Below, in pieces: positions 1-13,158 of a DNA stretch of 64,000 bases (positions are counted from its first letter, which is position 1; each line of letters opens with the position of its first letter). Source of the stretch: the human T2T-CHM13v2.0 reference genome, Homo sapiens. The notes below the pieces were generated by a model. That model saw only the letters and a program-made list of their open reading frames with translations, did not search any database and was not told the origin of the DNA. The stretch lies in NCBI RefSeq assembly GCF_009914755.1, contig NC_060938.1. One strand, 5' to 3'. A program made the translations under genes and the position numbers.

Positions 1-1669
1 CTTAAGTCCAGTACTCCAATTCTAGCAATCCCATTGCTACTGAAAATTTTTAACTCCTCTATTTCTAGATAAAAAGTATTAATTGACTCAAGCTCTGGCA
101 AAATCTGTAGCTCTGTTGATTCTTAGCTATCCATCTCTAAATGGCCCATAAAATATCACCTTCTATTTTCTCTTTTCCTGGATTTTAATAGTGAAGAAAT
201 CTTGGCATTCATAGTGAGGGCAAATTAGAGCTATGATATTTGTGAAGTTAGAAACTCATAGGCAAATGAGGGTTTTCATGATTATTCCTCCTCATTTTCT
301 TCATTTCACCCTCCCAATTTATTCCCATTTCCTCTCCCTCCCCCATTTCTTTCCTCTAGATAACTTGACTTTGTCTATAGTTTTTGACTGGCCAGAGTAA
401 TGTGGCTATAAATATTTTGGCATAATTTTGATGGTATTATAACTTGATTGGCTTCTCTTATTTTCAGAATTTCATATGTGAGTATGACTAGTGCATTGAT
501 ATTCTCTTGTGTCTTCTTTACTAGCTCTTTGGAAAATAAGGTCCCAGGAGAGAGTTGAGGTTGGGTTGATGTAACTTTGCAAGTACAAACTGCACTTGTT
601 CAAAAGGAAGACAGCCCAAGCTACCACTGCTGATAGACATTTATCTCTACCCAGGCAACTGAATGAAATATGTATGTCAGCAAATAAGAAGAAAATTATG
701 ACACTGGAAAGGGTAAAACTTCATACTTTATTTTTTGGATGCAATAAAGGATTTTTTTTTACTTCAGTTTATCCATTTGAGCCAATAATGTGCAGAGGTG
801 AATAGTTTTTCTGTTTGAAGAATTCTTACATTGCAGCAGTATATTATAATTTATGACAACATTTACTTGTTGCCTAATCTTAGCTCAGCTATATTGAACA
901 AAGGGCTAAGCGTAATTGAAGGTGGGAAACAAAATAGGCAGTGAAATTTTAGTTGATAATAAAGTATGCTTTGGGGTTAATTTATTAATATTTCATTGTG
1001 GCACCATTTCAGCGATTTCTGGAGAACAAAGTGGCATACTCACCCTGGATCCTAGGAAAATATATAAAGAAGCAGTAGCTATTATTGAGGAATTATCTTG
1101 ATAAAGTAGGACTAAGGTATGCATGGCCTGGGCTTGGATCTGTTCCCCACTGAGGGAGGAAACCAAATATCAATTGTCTCTAGATTTAACTATTAGGTTT
1201 GCTGGGATAACAGGACAATAATCAGGAGAGTAGTGGAAAACATGCTTCCAAAGAAAGTAAGAAATTTCTACTGCACTTCAGCAGAGGGAATCATTTTGGA
1301 TCATTATTTATGATTCCTTCTTGTTCCTCCTTGTCAAAGGAGAAGAGACTAATGCTGGTGGAATGTCCATCTTGCATAAAAGTTGAAGAGGTCTCTGTAA
1401 AAATTGAAGAGGTCTTACACAAGACCTAGCTTTTTGGTGCGCGCTCTCTCTCTCTCTCAGAGAGGCTTACCTACTGCAGTGTGTGCTCTCCTCATTGGTC
1501 CCTCTTTCATGTGTTAAGAAGTTTCAGGCAGAGATTCCCCATTCTATGGAGAAGGCCTGTAATTTCTCAGTTCCTCAGACTATAACTGAGTGGGTAGATG
1601 AGGTAGATTGTATTACTTTTTCATTCACTACCCCTTCATTGCAAAAGCAAGTATCTATGATCAAAGATG

Positions 1670-2070
1670 CTGTAGTAGACTATATCATTTTGAAACTCGT
1701 TACTGCTCCCATCAACCAGATGTATTATACATTCCTACATATTTGTGTCAGTCTCGGCCATGTGACTTGCTATGTCCAAAAAATATGAATGATAATGATA
1801 ATGCCACTTCTAATACTTCTAAACAGAAGCTTCAAGAGCTATCACATGATGATTATATCTTTTTTTCTCTCTCACTAAAATGAGTCTGATAATGATTCCT
1901 ACTCCTCATCCTAGATGCTGGAATAAAGAAGACAGGGACCAGAGCCACAGGCTACCCACAGCCAAGCCATAGTTGTCATGTAATATCAGCAATCTTTTAT
2001 TTTACTAAAACATTAATATTTGGGATGTACTTGTTACTGTAGCATAGCATAGAGAAAGGTGACTAATACA
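1670..2070 (+). mobile_element. Ancient MaLR LTR (MLT1I/J-like), probable 5' LTR
   Basis: Contains 'ggccatgtgacttgc', 'ctggaataaagaagac' and a typical MLT1 end 'tttgggatgtacttgttactgtagcatagc...tgactaataca'. Confidence 0.55.
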
Positions 2071-3490
2071 ACAAGAGGTAACTATAATTAGGATGCTTCA
2101 GTAAAATATCTGGAATGAGTGGCTCTGGCTCTGGGACCAGGCAGGTGACATTCATCCAACTATTATTGGTGACAAGAGATATGAAGATGCATGCTATACA
2201 GTGGTAAACATCTGCTGAAACTGTTTTCTATAATAACTGTACCTAATGAGCTTGTGGCTTTAGCTAAAGTTGTAAAACAGAATTCAGTAGTGTGACTTAA
2301 CTTCCAGGACTGAATTTAATATATATTTTAAAAATCTGTAAGAAATATATGATCTCAGAAAATAAATGGCTAGTTTGCAAACAAATTAAAAAGGAGTTTA
2401 TAAAATCTAGAATTTCTTTCACCTTCAAGGTTACAATGCAACTGGTTCTCACTTCTACACATTAAAAAAGATAAAACTGAAAAATACAAAGGTCTGCAAA
2501 ACCTCAACCTGGTGGCAAGACCAAATCAAATAGAGTTACATGAATTTTAAGGCATCCGAACTTGTTAATGCAGCATCCATTAAATCCATTTAATTGGACA
2601 AAATATCTTGGAAGACAAAGACTAAAGATTTGACTCTTCCACAGGAGACCTAATAAATTAAAGCTGCCCTTGATTAAATCTAGAGACATTTATTAGGAAG
2701 AACTAAGTGTGTAGCATGAGCAATAAGGCTAAATGGTATAAAATAGATAAGAAGTTTGGAATATAATTCAGCCATAAAAAGAAAGTCCTGCCATTTGTGA
2801 CAACATGCATGAACTTGGAGGGCATTATGCCAAGTGAAATAAGCCAGTTACAGAAAGACAAATACTGCATGACTCCACTTACAGTATCTAAAATAGTCAA
2901 ATGTATAGAAGCAGACAAGATAGTAATGGTTATCAGGGGCTGAAAACCCATGGGAAGATGGAAAGTTGCTCTAAAATGGGTATAAAGTTTCACTTTTGAT
3001 AGATTAATAAGTTCTAGATATCTGCTATACAACATAGTACCTATAGTTAACAATATAGTATTGTGCACTTCAAATTTTATTATGAAGGTAGATCTCATAT
3101 TAAGTGCTTTTAATAGACACACACAAACACAGCATAGGAGTACAAGGAAACTTTGAGAAGTATTGAATGTGTCTGTTACTCTGATTATGGTGATGGTATC
3201 ACAGGTGTTTGCGTATGTTCAAATGCATCAAATTGTTCACAGCAAATGTGAGGTTCTTTGTATATCACAACAAAGCAAAACAAAAAGTAGCTGACCATGT
3301 TTTTGAGAGGGTTGTACTGCTAAAAAAAAAAAAAAAAAAAAAAAGGCCATGAATCAGGTTGAAAAAGAAGCAAGCGAGGAGCAGGCACCTAATCAAAGTG
3401 TGTTCCACATGTCTGGTATAGAAGGGCGCTCAGGATATTGATGCAAAAGGACTTCAGAATTACTATGGAACAGTGATTGCTGAACTTGGT
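2071..3490 (+). mobile_element. Probable MaLR (MLT1) internal sequence, interrupted by an L1 3' end
   Basis: Directly follows the LTR end. 'gtggctctggctctgggaccaggcagg' resembles the start of MLT1-int. Lies between two similar LTRs. Confidence 0.35.
2752..3275 (+). mobile_element. Old L1 3' end (L1MA9-L1MB2-like)
   Basis: 'cagccataaaaaagaaagtcctgccatttgtgacaacatgcatgaacttggagggcattatg' and 'aataagttctagatatctgctatacaacatagtacctatagttaacaat'. Confidence 0.8.
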
Positions 3491-3854
3491 TGATATGGTT
3501 TGGTTCTGTGTCCCCACCAAAATTTCATCTCAAATTGTGATCCCCGTGTGTCAGAGGAGGGATCTGGTGGGAGATGTTTGGATCATGGGGGCAGTTTCCC
3601 CCATGCTGTTCTCATGATAGTAGCTGAGTTCTCATGAGATCTGATGGTTCAAACACGTGGCACTTCCCCCTTCACTCTCTCTCTTCTGCCACCACGTAAT
3701 ACATGCCTTGCTTCCCCTTCAGCTTCTGCCATGACGGTAAGTTTCCTGAGGCCTCCCCAGCCTTGTGGAACTGTGAGTCAATTAAATCTCTTTTCTTTAT
3801 AAATTACCCAGCCTCAGGTTGTTCTTTATAGCAGTGTGAAAGTAGACTAATGCA
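3491..3854 (+). mobile_element. MST-family (MSTA-like) solo LTR
   Basis: Starts 'tgatatggtttggttctgtgtccccacc' and ends 'gcagtgtgaaagtagactaatgca'. Degenerate 5-bp TSD ttggt/acggt. Confidence 0.9.
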
Positions 3855-4097
3855 ACGGTATATTCTCCTTTTCTGAATAGCAATGTTTGAGTGTGTTCCA
3901 TGGTAAGATATGAAGACAATAAGACACAAATCTTACCAACCTTGTCACCATTGATTTGGATAATTCTACATAGAATATAACTTAAACCAGGATTTTATCT
4001 GTTTTTGCTCTGCATGAGTCACTTTAGGATGGTTCAAATTTAATATGCATTCTTAAAAGAGCTAACTTCATAAATTTTCTGACCATATTCCCCCATG

Positions 4098-4104
<7 letters not shown>

Positions 4105-4146
<42 letters not shown>
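4105..4146. repeat. (TG)21 microsatellite
   Basis: Direct read. Confidence 0.95.
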
Positions 4147-4151
<5 letters not shown>

Positions 4152-4387
4152 TACCCTTCCCTTATTCCATTATATAAATAGATCTTAGGGGAAAAATACA
4201 TTTATTTTATAGTTAATAACTCCCCAAATAAGCAAAGCCACATCCAGAGCTGATGCAAAGGTAATCACTCACAGACCTTGAACCCAACTCCATGATCGAC
4301 ATTGCACTTGGGGAGAGGGTGAATGTGCTTTTCTTATGAAAGAAAAGCAAATAAATATTTACACCTAAAGTGTGAACTCTTGTCAAC

Positions 4388-4750
4388 TGTATTACTGTAA
4401 AAACATCCACAGCTTCTTTCTAAAAGGTAGATTATATATCTCTGTCAAACTGATATCAGGCTTGTCATTGTTTTAGCCAATGAAATATCTGTGGAAGTGA
4501 CAGATGCTACTTCTAAGAAAAGTTATTTCACAAATCAACCACTCCTTTATTTTTCTGTACCACCAGCCTAATAATATCCTGGATAGCATCTATGCCTTCA
4601 TTCTGGATCCTGGAATAAAGACATAGTGCAGAGCCTAATATGACCTACAGCCAATGTACAATGTAAACAAGAACTAAACCTTTGTTTTTGTAAGCCTACA
4701 GATATTTGAGATAGCTTGTTACCACAATATCACCTAAAAAAGCTAATACA
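4388..4750 (+). mobile_element. Ancient MaLR LTR (MLT1I/J-like), probable 3' LTR
   Basis: 'ttttagccaatgaaatatctgtggaagtgac', 'ctggaataaagac', 'aaacctttgtttttgtaagcc', ends 'gctaataca'. Parallels the 1670-2070 copy. Confidence 0.6.
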
Positions 4751-4889
4751 ATGACTTGGTTCAGTTAAACATATCAGTACCAATGGTGGCCTCTTGTCTA
4801 AGTTGAATTCTGCAATTCACATACCAGTATTCTAATTAACGTAGAAGTCTGGTATCTCAACTGATTGAAAACTTGGAAAACCTTCAAAT

Positions 4890-5080
4890 CCTAACATTAT
4901 TTGATTGCTTTCTATGTCCCAGACACTCAGATAAGTGCTTTATATATACGGCCTCATTAAAACTCACCAAACTGTATTATTCTCTCTTTTAAAGGATAAA
5001 GCATCTGAATTAAAGAGATTATGTAACCATTCCAAAGTCACCCAGATCGTAAGTGTTCTGATTTCAGATCCTACACAGGT
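4890..5080 (-). mobile_element. MIR fragment
   Basis: 'ctatgtcccagacact...ctcattaaaactcac...agagattatgtaaccattccaaagtcacccag' matches the antisense MIR core. Confidence 0.55.
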
Positions 5081-5823
5081 AACGATTGTTCTCAAGTACT
5101 CAGGATAATCTTTCTCCTCTAATACTTTCTCTTTCTTATTCTCCCCAATACACAATGTCCGGTATGTGAAATTAACCTCTCATTTGAACTATGCTTACAA
5201 TGATCCTTTATCTAAACCAAATACCAGAACAGGGTCTGACCACAAATTTTGTGCCGAAAGGGCATCTTAAAAATGTATTGTCCCCAAAAGGAGCAACATG
5301 AAGCAACAGGCAGTACTAAAGTCTTTTACCCTTCTGCTTGCATTTCTACGATGAAGGCTGTGCTAAGGTAACCTTCCAACCTGAGAGAAAACAAATCCTT
5401 CTAAACACATTCAACTGGTTTTCTCTCCTCAGGCTCAGCATCAACCTAAGAAGAGCACCTCCAACAGCTATAACAGCGAAGAAGACAGCAGATGTTTTCT
5501 CTTTAGCTAAACTAAAATTGAATACTAAGAAATCACTGTGGTTCTGCTCCCTGCCTTTCCTAAATTGCTCTCTGTGTAACCCTGTGTAATCCAGCAATCC
5601 AATACAGTCCTAATATGAAACACAATGCAACTATATTTTATGATTGTCTTTACAATGCAGTTGAAATAGTAGAAAGAATACCAGGCTTGGAATTTGCTCC
5701 AGCTATTTTCCTTAAATTTGTCCTTTTAACTTCTGAAGTTTGTCTCTTCATCTGGAAAAGGTGAATGATATCTCACAGATTTGTGCTGTTTAAGCTAAAG
5801 CAATTAAATATAAGATAATACAT

Positions 5824-6191
5824 TGATAATGTTTGGCTGTGTCCCCACCTAAATCTCATCTTTACTTGTAGTTCCCCAAATCCCCAGGTGTCGTGGGAGT
5901 AACCTGCTGGGAGGTAATTGAATCATAGGGCAGGTCTTTTTGGTGTTCTTCTTGTGATAGTGAATAAGTCTCAAGAGATCTGATGGTTTTACAAAGGGTG
6001 GTTCCCCTGCACATGCTCTCTTGCCTGCTGCCATGTAAGACATGGCTTTGCTCCTCCTTCCCGGTCTGCCATGATGGTGAGGCCTCCCCAGCCATGTGGA
6101 ACTGTAAATCCATTAAACCTCTTTTTCTTTTTTTATGAATTACCCCATCTCTGGTATGTCTTTATTAGCAGCATGAGAACAGACTAATACA
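5824..6191 (+). mobile_element. THE1 (THE1C/D-like) solo LTR
   Basis: 'tgataatgtttggctgtgtccccacctaaatctcatc' ... 'agcagcatgagaacagactaataca'. Perfect 5-bp TSD 'tacat'. Confidence 0.92.
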
Positions 6192-6199
6192 TACATTGA

Positions 6200-6600
6200 A
6201 CAGTTAAGACTAGGTGATGCTACAATAACTGACAACTTCTAAATCTCATCAGCTTCAAACAAAACTTATTTCTTTTTATATGTGCAAAATGTGGTTGGTG
6301 AGTGACAGGTGTGGAGACTAATTCACAGTCACTCAGGGTCTAAGGTAGACACTACCATCTTGGAGCTACACCACGGGGTATTTGTGGTCTTCATTTTCAC
6401 TGTGGCCAGGGAAGAGAGTACTAAAGAGTCTCTCTTAAGAGAGACTTAATTAAATGCCTCAACCAGAAAGTGACAATTTCACTTTCTATCACAGATCATG
6501 GCTCCAACTAACTGCTGGATTGCAGTCACTAATAGAAACAAAATCCTCCTATATGCCCAGAACGATATGAGATGGATGAGGGCTAGAAGTCCCATTCATA
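6200..6600 (-). mobile_element. Ancient MLT1-type LTR fragment
   Basis: 'actaggtgatgctacaataactgacaacttctaaatctcatcagcttcaaacaaaacttatttc' resembles an antisense MLT1K/L end. Confidence 0.4.
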
Positions 6601-7621
6601 GCTATTGTTTGTGGCACATATCATCCACAGCAGACATTGTCAGTATATACTCATATTATTTAACAATTTTTTAAATCTTTATACTCAGTTTTACCCTCCA
6701 CACAATCATAAATTAAAACAAGTTCCAGTGCAGAGGCTTTCCACAAACTATTCCACAAAGTATTAGAGTATGTGAGCCATTTCCAAAATTTTCTGTGGAA
6801 ACATTGTAAGTCATTTAAGTAATAAGCATAAGCTCATGAAAATATCACAACTGAACATCGAATTAACTGAAAGACAAGAGGAGAAGAGACACACAAAGGC
6901 ATAGTGGAACCTCTAGGACAGGGTCAAAATAAGAAGACAATAAATTTTGCTAATATTTTAAGATTCTTTGGTTTGAACTTGCTCACTCTATATCACTGTC
7001 TGATAACTAATTAGAATTTGTAGTGTGAATTTGGGTTTTATTTGCACTTGCATTTTGAAAACGCAAATGTTTTGTTATAGATAATTGCAATGTTGTAGAA
7101 ATGTATGTATATTAACTTTAATTACAACTGCTCTGGTAGCTAAATAGCCTGTTTTGCAATTGCTTTACACAGACAGACAGCTAATAAGACCTAAGATGAA
7201 CCTTAAAATCTGATATTTATGTTTACAAATTAATTTAAGAGTACTCCCTCCAATGTCTGTATACTAAACTAAAATAACCTGGTAGAGTCATTAAGAATAT
7301 TTTAGGCCTTAAGAGTCTTCTTAACTACTCATAGCACATTTTGATTGAATCATAAAGAAATTTCAAAGGTTGTTATTAGTTACAGTGTGAGGAAAACATA
7401 TGTTTGTAGAAAGGCATAGTTTGTTCAATAATTTTTAAGGGTATTTGTTAGAATTCTAATATTTTTAAAGGTTCAAGAAAAATTGTTGCCCTTATATTAG
7501 GCAATTATAGTAACAAGAATAGATTTGTTACATATAGTATAAGTATTTTGGGGGTAAAAAAGTTTTTGGACCAAGCCAGATGACAGTGATGCAGGAAGAG
7601 TATGACCTTTCTATTATGCAG

Positions 7622-7715
7622 CATATTTGTGCTACGTCTTCCTTACCAAGAAGAAGTATGAACAAAGAATCAGAAATATACCATTATGTTCAGGTTTCAA
7701 GAATAGTGCTTCAAG
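7622..7715 (+). other. Candidate plus-strand exon (94 nt), unvalidated
   Basis: Acceptor 'cctttctattatgcag|' and donor 'caag|gtgaga'. One frame is open (HICATSSLPRRSMNKESEIYHYVQVSRIVLQ). No homology recognised. Confidence 0.15.
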
Positions 7716-8660
7716 GTGAGAAGAATTTTTTCTATGCATTTTACTAGTAATAAAAGAATCTTAAATCAACCAAGAAAAATATAAAAGGTCTGGAGGGTGA
7801 CAACAGAAAGAAAAGAAAAGGCTGGAGAACATGAGTTTACTTAACCTCCAGAACAGAGTCAGGACAAACAAAGAACACTTGGTGAAGACAGAGCAAACCC
7901 AGACACACGGATATTTAATCAGCTAAAAGCTACAGCAATGTGAAGCTATATAACAACACTGGCCAGCCAAATACAAGGTTAAATGTGTTTCAGGCCTAGA
8001 GCTTAGAGCTGTTGCCTATTTCCTGGAAGTTTCAATCTGAATTTTAAAATAAATTTGACATGAAAGCCAGTCAAGTCACTGTATAGACAAGTAAAGTTAG
8101 ACTTAACTACCCACTTAGGTTTTACACAAATATTTTAAAATTATTTTAAAATAGCTGCTCATTGTTTATAGGTTGTCCATAGGTTGACCGATAATAATAA
8201 TGTTTTCACAAATGATTTACTTTTACAAAGATTGGATCATGGTTTATACTACATATTTCATGAGAGTAATACAGTCTATCTTATCTCTATTTTGCCTGCA
8301 AACAAAAACTTAACATGCAAGCATACATCCTAAAGAAATATTCAGGGTTAGGATGATATGTTCAATCCTAATTTGTAAAGTCAAAAAAAAAGAGTGCTAT
8401 TGTTTAATTTTATACTATTAGATGTTGTTAGTTTTAGCTGTTCCTCTACTCAGAGGTAATTAAACTACCGCAACTATTCACTTAGAAGCAATTAAATTTG
8501 TCTTTACTAATCAATCTCAGACTGTTAATGCAGATTTAATGTACGCAGATAAGGAGGAGGTATAATAGTTGTTTCATATAATATCATTCTCTCCATTAAT
8601 TTCCTTCTTTATTCCTAGAGTAAATGTTGTAATATGGTACCTGGTCATTTAGGAAATAAA

Positions 8661-8835
8661 CTGGTAATACATTTTGCACTAGTAAGCCAAGGGTCAACCT
8701 CCAAACTTTTCTAGGATAAACTTCCTCTATGTTATTTGGAAATAGTGCCATTTGATCATGGCTGAGTTATCCCAATTGGCAGTTTCATTTTAATGAAATG
8801 TACTCCCCACTGTTTTCAGCTCTGCCACAGACACC
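8661..8835 (+). repeat. Donor of local duplication A (copy at 11379-11545)
   Basis: Manual alignment gives about 12 substitutions plus one 8-bp indel over 175 bp. Confidence 0.95.
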
Positions 8836-9953
8836 TTTGGCTTTGGTTCTCTTCAACCCTAAGCACTCATTCCATAAAATGTTGCACTGGCCTCCGTTGA
8901 AGCATTTGAAGCAGAAAAAAATAACAGAAAACCAAAATCAGTTCTTCAAAATCAAAAGCAGTTCTTTTAAAAGACTGCTCTAAGACTCAAACTCCAAGCT
9001 AATTATCAACAACTATCTAAAGCATAAAGGGACTTTGGGATAATTTTCGGTGCCAGTAATCACAAATGACTAAGAATAACTTATTCAGTTAGATCCTTGT
9101 GACAGCACATATGCTTGTACATATGCACTGGAAACAGTGTTTTTTTACTCTCAGGTTAAAATCTTGAAAACAGTTATCTAATAAGAATCTTCACGTATCT
9201 GTTAAAAAAGAATTCAGATTTCCAAGCCCCTTCCCTGAAGTTTCTTCCCTGTAATTTGTATGCTAATTATTGCTTCTAGTTATTATTAGTGTCCGACAGT
9301 TGAGAGATATTTTTCTGAAACAAATGGAAAGATCTTTCTGGAAAAGATTCTAAGGCTCAGTTGAGGCTAGGGAAGGAATCTGATTAGAGCCTGGAGTAAT
9401 TGTACCTCTACAAAACTAGCATGGGAAAATTAATTGTGAAAAAGGAAGGAAAAAAGGAAGAGGGAAGGAAAAGATAGAGGAAGGCGGAAAAGAAAAGGTG
9501 TATTAGGACCCGAGGATATTGTGATTCATGATTTGCTGACAAACTCAGTTTAGGGCTTAATTTTTCTGAAGTGAGATATCTGGAAAAAGATATGGAACCC
9601 TGGATTGGTGAGCAAGTCAGTACACTTATTTACTTACAGCCTCTCCCTACTGGCATCCAAATATAAGAAAAAAAAAAAAAACTAGCAATTTGGAAAAGCG
9701 AATCCTCAGAAATGTTACCAACTTCAGTATAGAATCTATAGTTTAACCAAAAGGAAGAAAGATAAATCAAGGACTTAGAAATAGAGATTATATATTAAAA
9801 GTAAGTTTGAGTCAACATAATTATTTATGTATAACATAAAAATATACAAACATTTAGAATAAAAATCTGATATGATTTCAAATGAAGAGGTAGGGGATGT
9901 GTATTTCATTGGCAGGATATAAATAAAAAGTTAATCTAAAAAATATTAGAAAA

Positions 9954-10060
9954 TTAAAAGTTAAAATATTCCTTTTAAATTTTAAGCATAAGTGTAAAAA
10001 AGTTAAAAAACTTAAAAGTTAAAATATTCTGTTTAAATTTTAAGTGTAAGGGTAAACAAG
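9954..10060. repeat. Tandem duplication, 58-bp period, about 2 copies
   Basis: 'ttaaaagttaaaatattc..tttaaattttaag..taag.gtaaa.aag' at 9954 and 10012. Confidence 0.8.
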
Positions 10061-11300
10061 AAATAAAGGTAAGGGAAAATTACCTTACAGGAAATAAAAG
10101 GAAAGGTATAGATAAGAGAAACAAGAGTAAAAGAAAAAAGGAATAATTGTAAGTAAAGGAAAAAAGAAATAAAATATCTCAAATAGTCTAATAGAATGAA
10201 ATACTAAAAAAAAAGAATGATAAATAGGGAAGAGAAAATAAGTTTACAGAAATAATCCCAAAAGCATAATCATAAAAAATAATGAGAATGAATTAAACCT
10301 TATATTTCTAGGCAGATTCTTTAAGATTCCCCACCTTGTCATGCACCCATTTGCACATACATTCAACATACTTGCATGAAACTCACTTATAATAAAACAA
10401 TCCCCAAAAAGTGAAAAAAAAAAAAGGAAACACATCTGGAAAGATTCTGGCTAAATATATTTGATTAAAAATAAACTTGCTATCAAAACCTCACGGAAAT
10501 ATGAATAAAGGGATATAAAAACTCCACAAACAAGAAAATAGAATGGCAAAGGACACAATTGCTAATGAAATATGATAATACTGGTAGTTGGAAAGCAAAT
10601 GGATAAGTGGAGACATTATAAACCACATAAAACATTCTTCAGTTTACAAGAGTCATCCAAGGAAAAATATTGATTCATGTTGTTATGGGAAATGCTCAGG
10701 TATGAGAACCAACCAACACTTCTGAAGGCTGTTTTGTAGATGAAGCAGAAAAGAGGCAGACCTTAAAATCAATATAAAAAGTTATTAGGCTCAGATCTCC
10801 TTTAAAAGCCAGTTGTAATGTGACTACACCTACAAACTCTGACAGAAACACAAGACTCATTATTTGGATATGTAAAGGCAGAATAACATGTGACCGAAGG
10901 AAAGCAGGAATTACTACATGCGATAGTGTTATGCTGTAAATAAATGAAAGTCAACACACAATGCAGAGACCTTCCTTCTCCACTTACCTCTTCCTCAAGC
11001 TTCCTCTCCAGTTTGACTCAATAACCCCAGGCAAAAGATTTAACAACTTCTGTTTGGAGAAATGAACCAACCAAAGGGAAAAGACAGTAATACCAGCAGT
11101 CATATTCCCAAATAAATTAGCCTATCAGTTAAAAAGTCTTCGATTTCCTTCCAAGCAGTATTTCCTAATTGTTAAACATGAATAGATAATCAAGTAGCAC
11201 CTCCCATTAGAGAACGATGTTAACAAAGAGAGCAGAAATCAAACCAAAAAAGCAAAAAGGAAAGCAGAGAAACAAGGACAATGAAGGGACTCAAACTTTA

Positions 11301-11545
11301 TGTGTGTGTGTGTGTGTAACTGGTGTGTGTGTGTGTATATATATAAACCGGCAACTTTATATATATATATATATATATCTGGTAATACGTTTTACACTAG
11401 TAAGCCAAGGGTCAACCTCCAAACTTTTCTAGGAAAAACTTCCTCGATGCTATTTGGAAATAGTGCCATTTGATCATGACTGACTTATCCCAATTGGGAG
11501 TAATGACATGTACTCCCCACTGCTCTCAGCTCTGCCACAAACACC

Positions 11546-11586
<41 letters not shown>

Positions 11587-11745
11587 AAATTTATTAATAT
11601 ATTTATTTATATATTTTTATATAGTATAAATATATTTATATATTTATTTATATATTACTTATATATATTTGTTATTTATATATTTATATATTTTATTTAC
11701 ATATTTAAAAATATATTTTATATATATTTATATATATATATATAA
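11301..11745. repeat. Compound (TG)n/(TA)n microsatellite and AT-rich low-complexity tract, interrupted by duplication A
   Basis: TG runs at 11301-11336 and 11549-11581, TA run at 11358-11378, degenerate TA at 11582-11745. Confidence 0.9.
11379..11545 (+). repeat. Copy of local duplication A (templated insertion)
   Basis: Direct-orientation copy of 8661-8835 flanked on both sides by microsatellite. Confidence 0.95.
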
Positions 11746-12599
11746 TTACAATGATATATCTGGTGAGAAAAAAAGAGATTAAGTGTCCATTAAATACTTT
11801 TAAAGGAAGAATCATTCCAAGAAAAAAGAGTGGCATCTTCCGGTATTCTACCTGGGTGATGTAGTTATTAAGCCAACTTCAGGAAGGAGCCAAACCATGA
11901 GGAGGCAAGTGGAGAGAGAAGGTGTCTCCACTATGTGTATTGACTTTCCCATACTGTTCACAGCACAACACTCTGTAATAAAATTACCACATACTCTGTG
12001 TTGACATCTAAGTGCCTAGCACAATCCTGTAAAGATAATGGTTACTGTAAACCAAAACTTGAGATTCTCTTACTAGAAAGTCAAATAAATGACTGAATTT
12101 ACTATAGTTCTGAATAAAGCAAGAAATAGTAACATAAACAAATTATTTATAAATATGGATGTAAATGCCAGAATAAATGTACAAATAAATGAAAGCACTT
12201 GAATCTAAAATGTAGGAATTGGGAAATGGAAAAGTAAAGCATGGTAATCTTGTTTATGGAACATGACTCGTTGAGGTTTTGACTTCTTAAACTATGTATA
12301 TATATCTTTTTAAGTAAAATTTATCTTTTACATAAAATTTAAAATAAAATTTTAAAATTCAAAGATAAGCTTAAAAAAGGAAATTAATCACTTTGCAAAC
12401 TCAAAGACAGCACACACAAAAAAAGGAGAAGGGAGAAAAGAAAGAAAAAAGGGAAGAAGGGAGGGAAGGAGGGAAGAGGGAAGAAAGGGAAGACAGAAGG
12501 AAGTAAAGAAAGGCCAGCTAAATAAATGTTTATTAAAATATTATATGTTATATCTAATATCAGACATAGGGCAAATTTGAGGCAAAGAACAAATAATGC

Positions 12600-13106
12600 A
12601 AAAGTCAATGGGAAATAATCCTTCTAAAAATTTATGAAGATAGTTATTTTGCATTTGAATTTAGTATGCCTATTAATGCAAAGATATTCAATAAGACATT
12701 ACAGAATTATATATTATATACATAACAGAATTATATTATGTTATAACAGAATTATACATTATAAGGACAATACTGTATGACAAAGTAGGGTTGTTTCAGG
12801 AATGCAAGGAATGTTTAATATTGGGAAATAATTACTTATTTATGAATAATTAAAATAACATGATCAAATCATAGCTGTTGACAAAAAGTATCATCATGCC
12901 CAATAAAAATTCTTGTCATGGTCATGCAGAGTGGCTCACACCTGCAATCCCAGTACTTTGGAAGGTGGAAGTGGGAAGATCACTTTAACCCAGAAGTTCA
13001 AGACCAGCCTGGGCAACATGGCAAAACCTTGTCTTTATAAAAAAGAAAGGAAAGAAAAGAAAACAAAAGAAAAGAAAAGAAGAAAGAAAGAAAAGAAAGA
13101 AAGAAA

Positions 13107-13158
<52 letters not shown>

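Noticed and set aside
596-805. ORF containing 'LHTLFFG', reminiscent of a connexin-23 segment
   Set aside because: Only a 6-7 residue coincidence. No transmembrane segments or connexin cysteine pattern follow.
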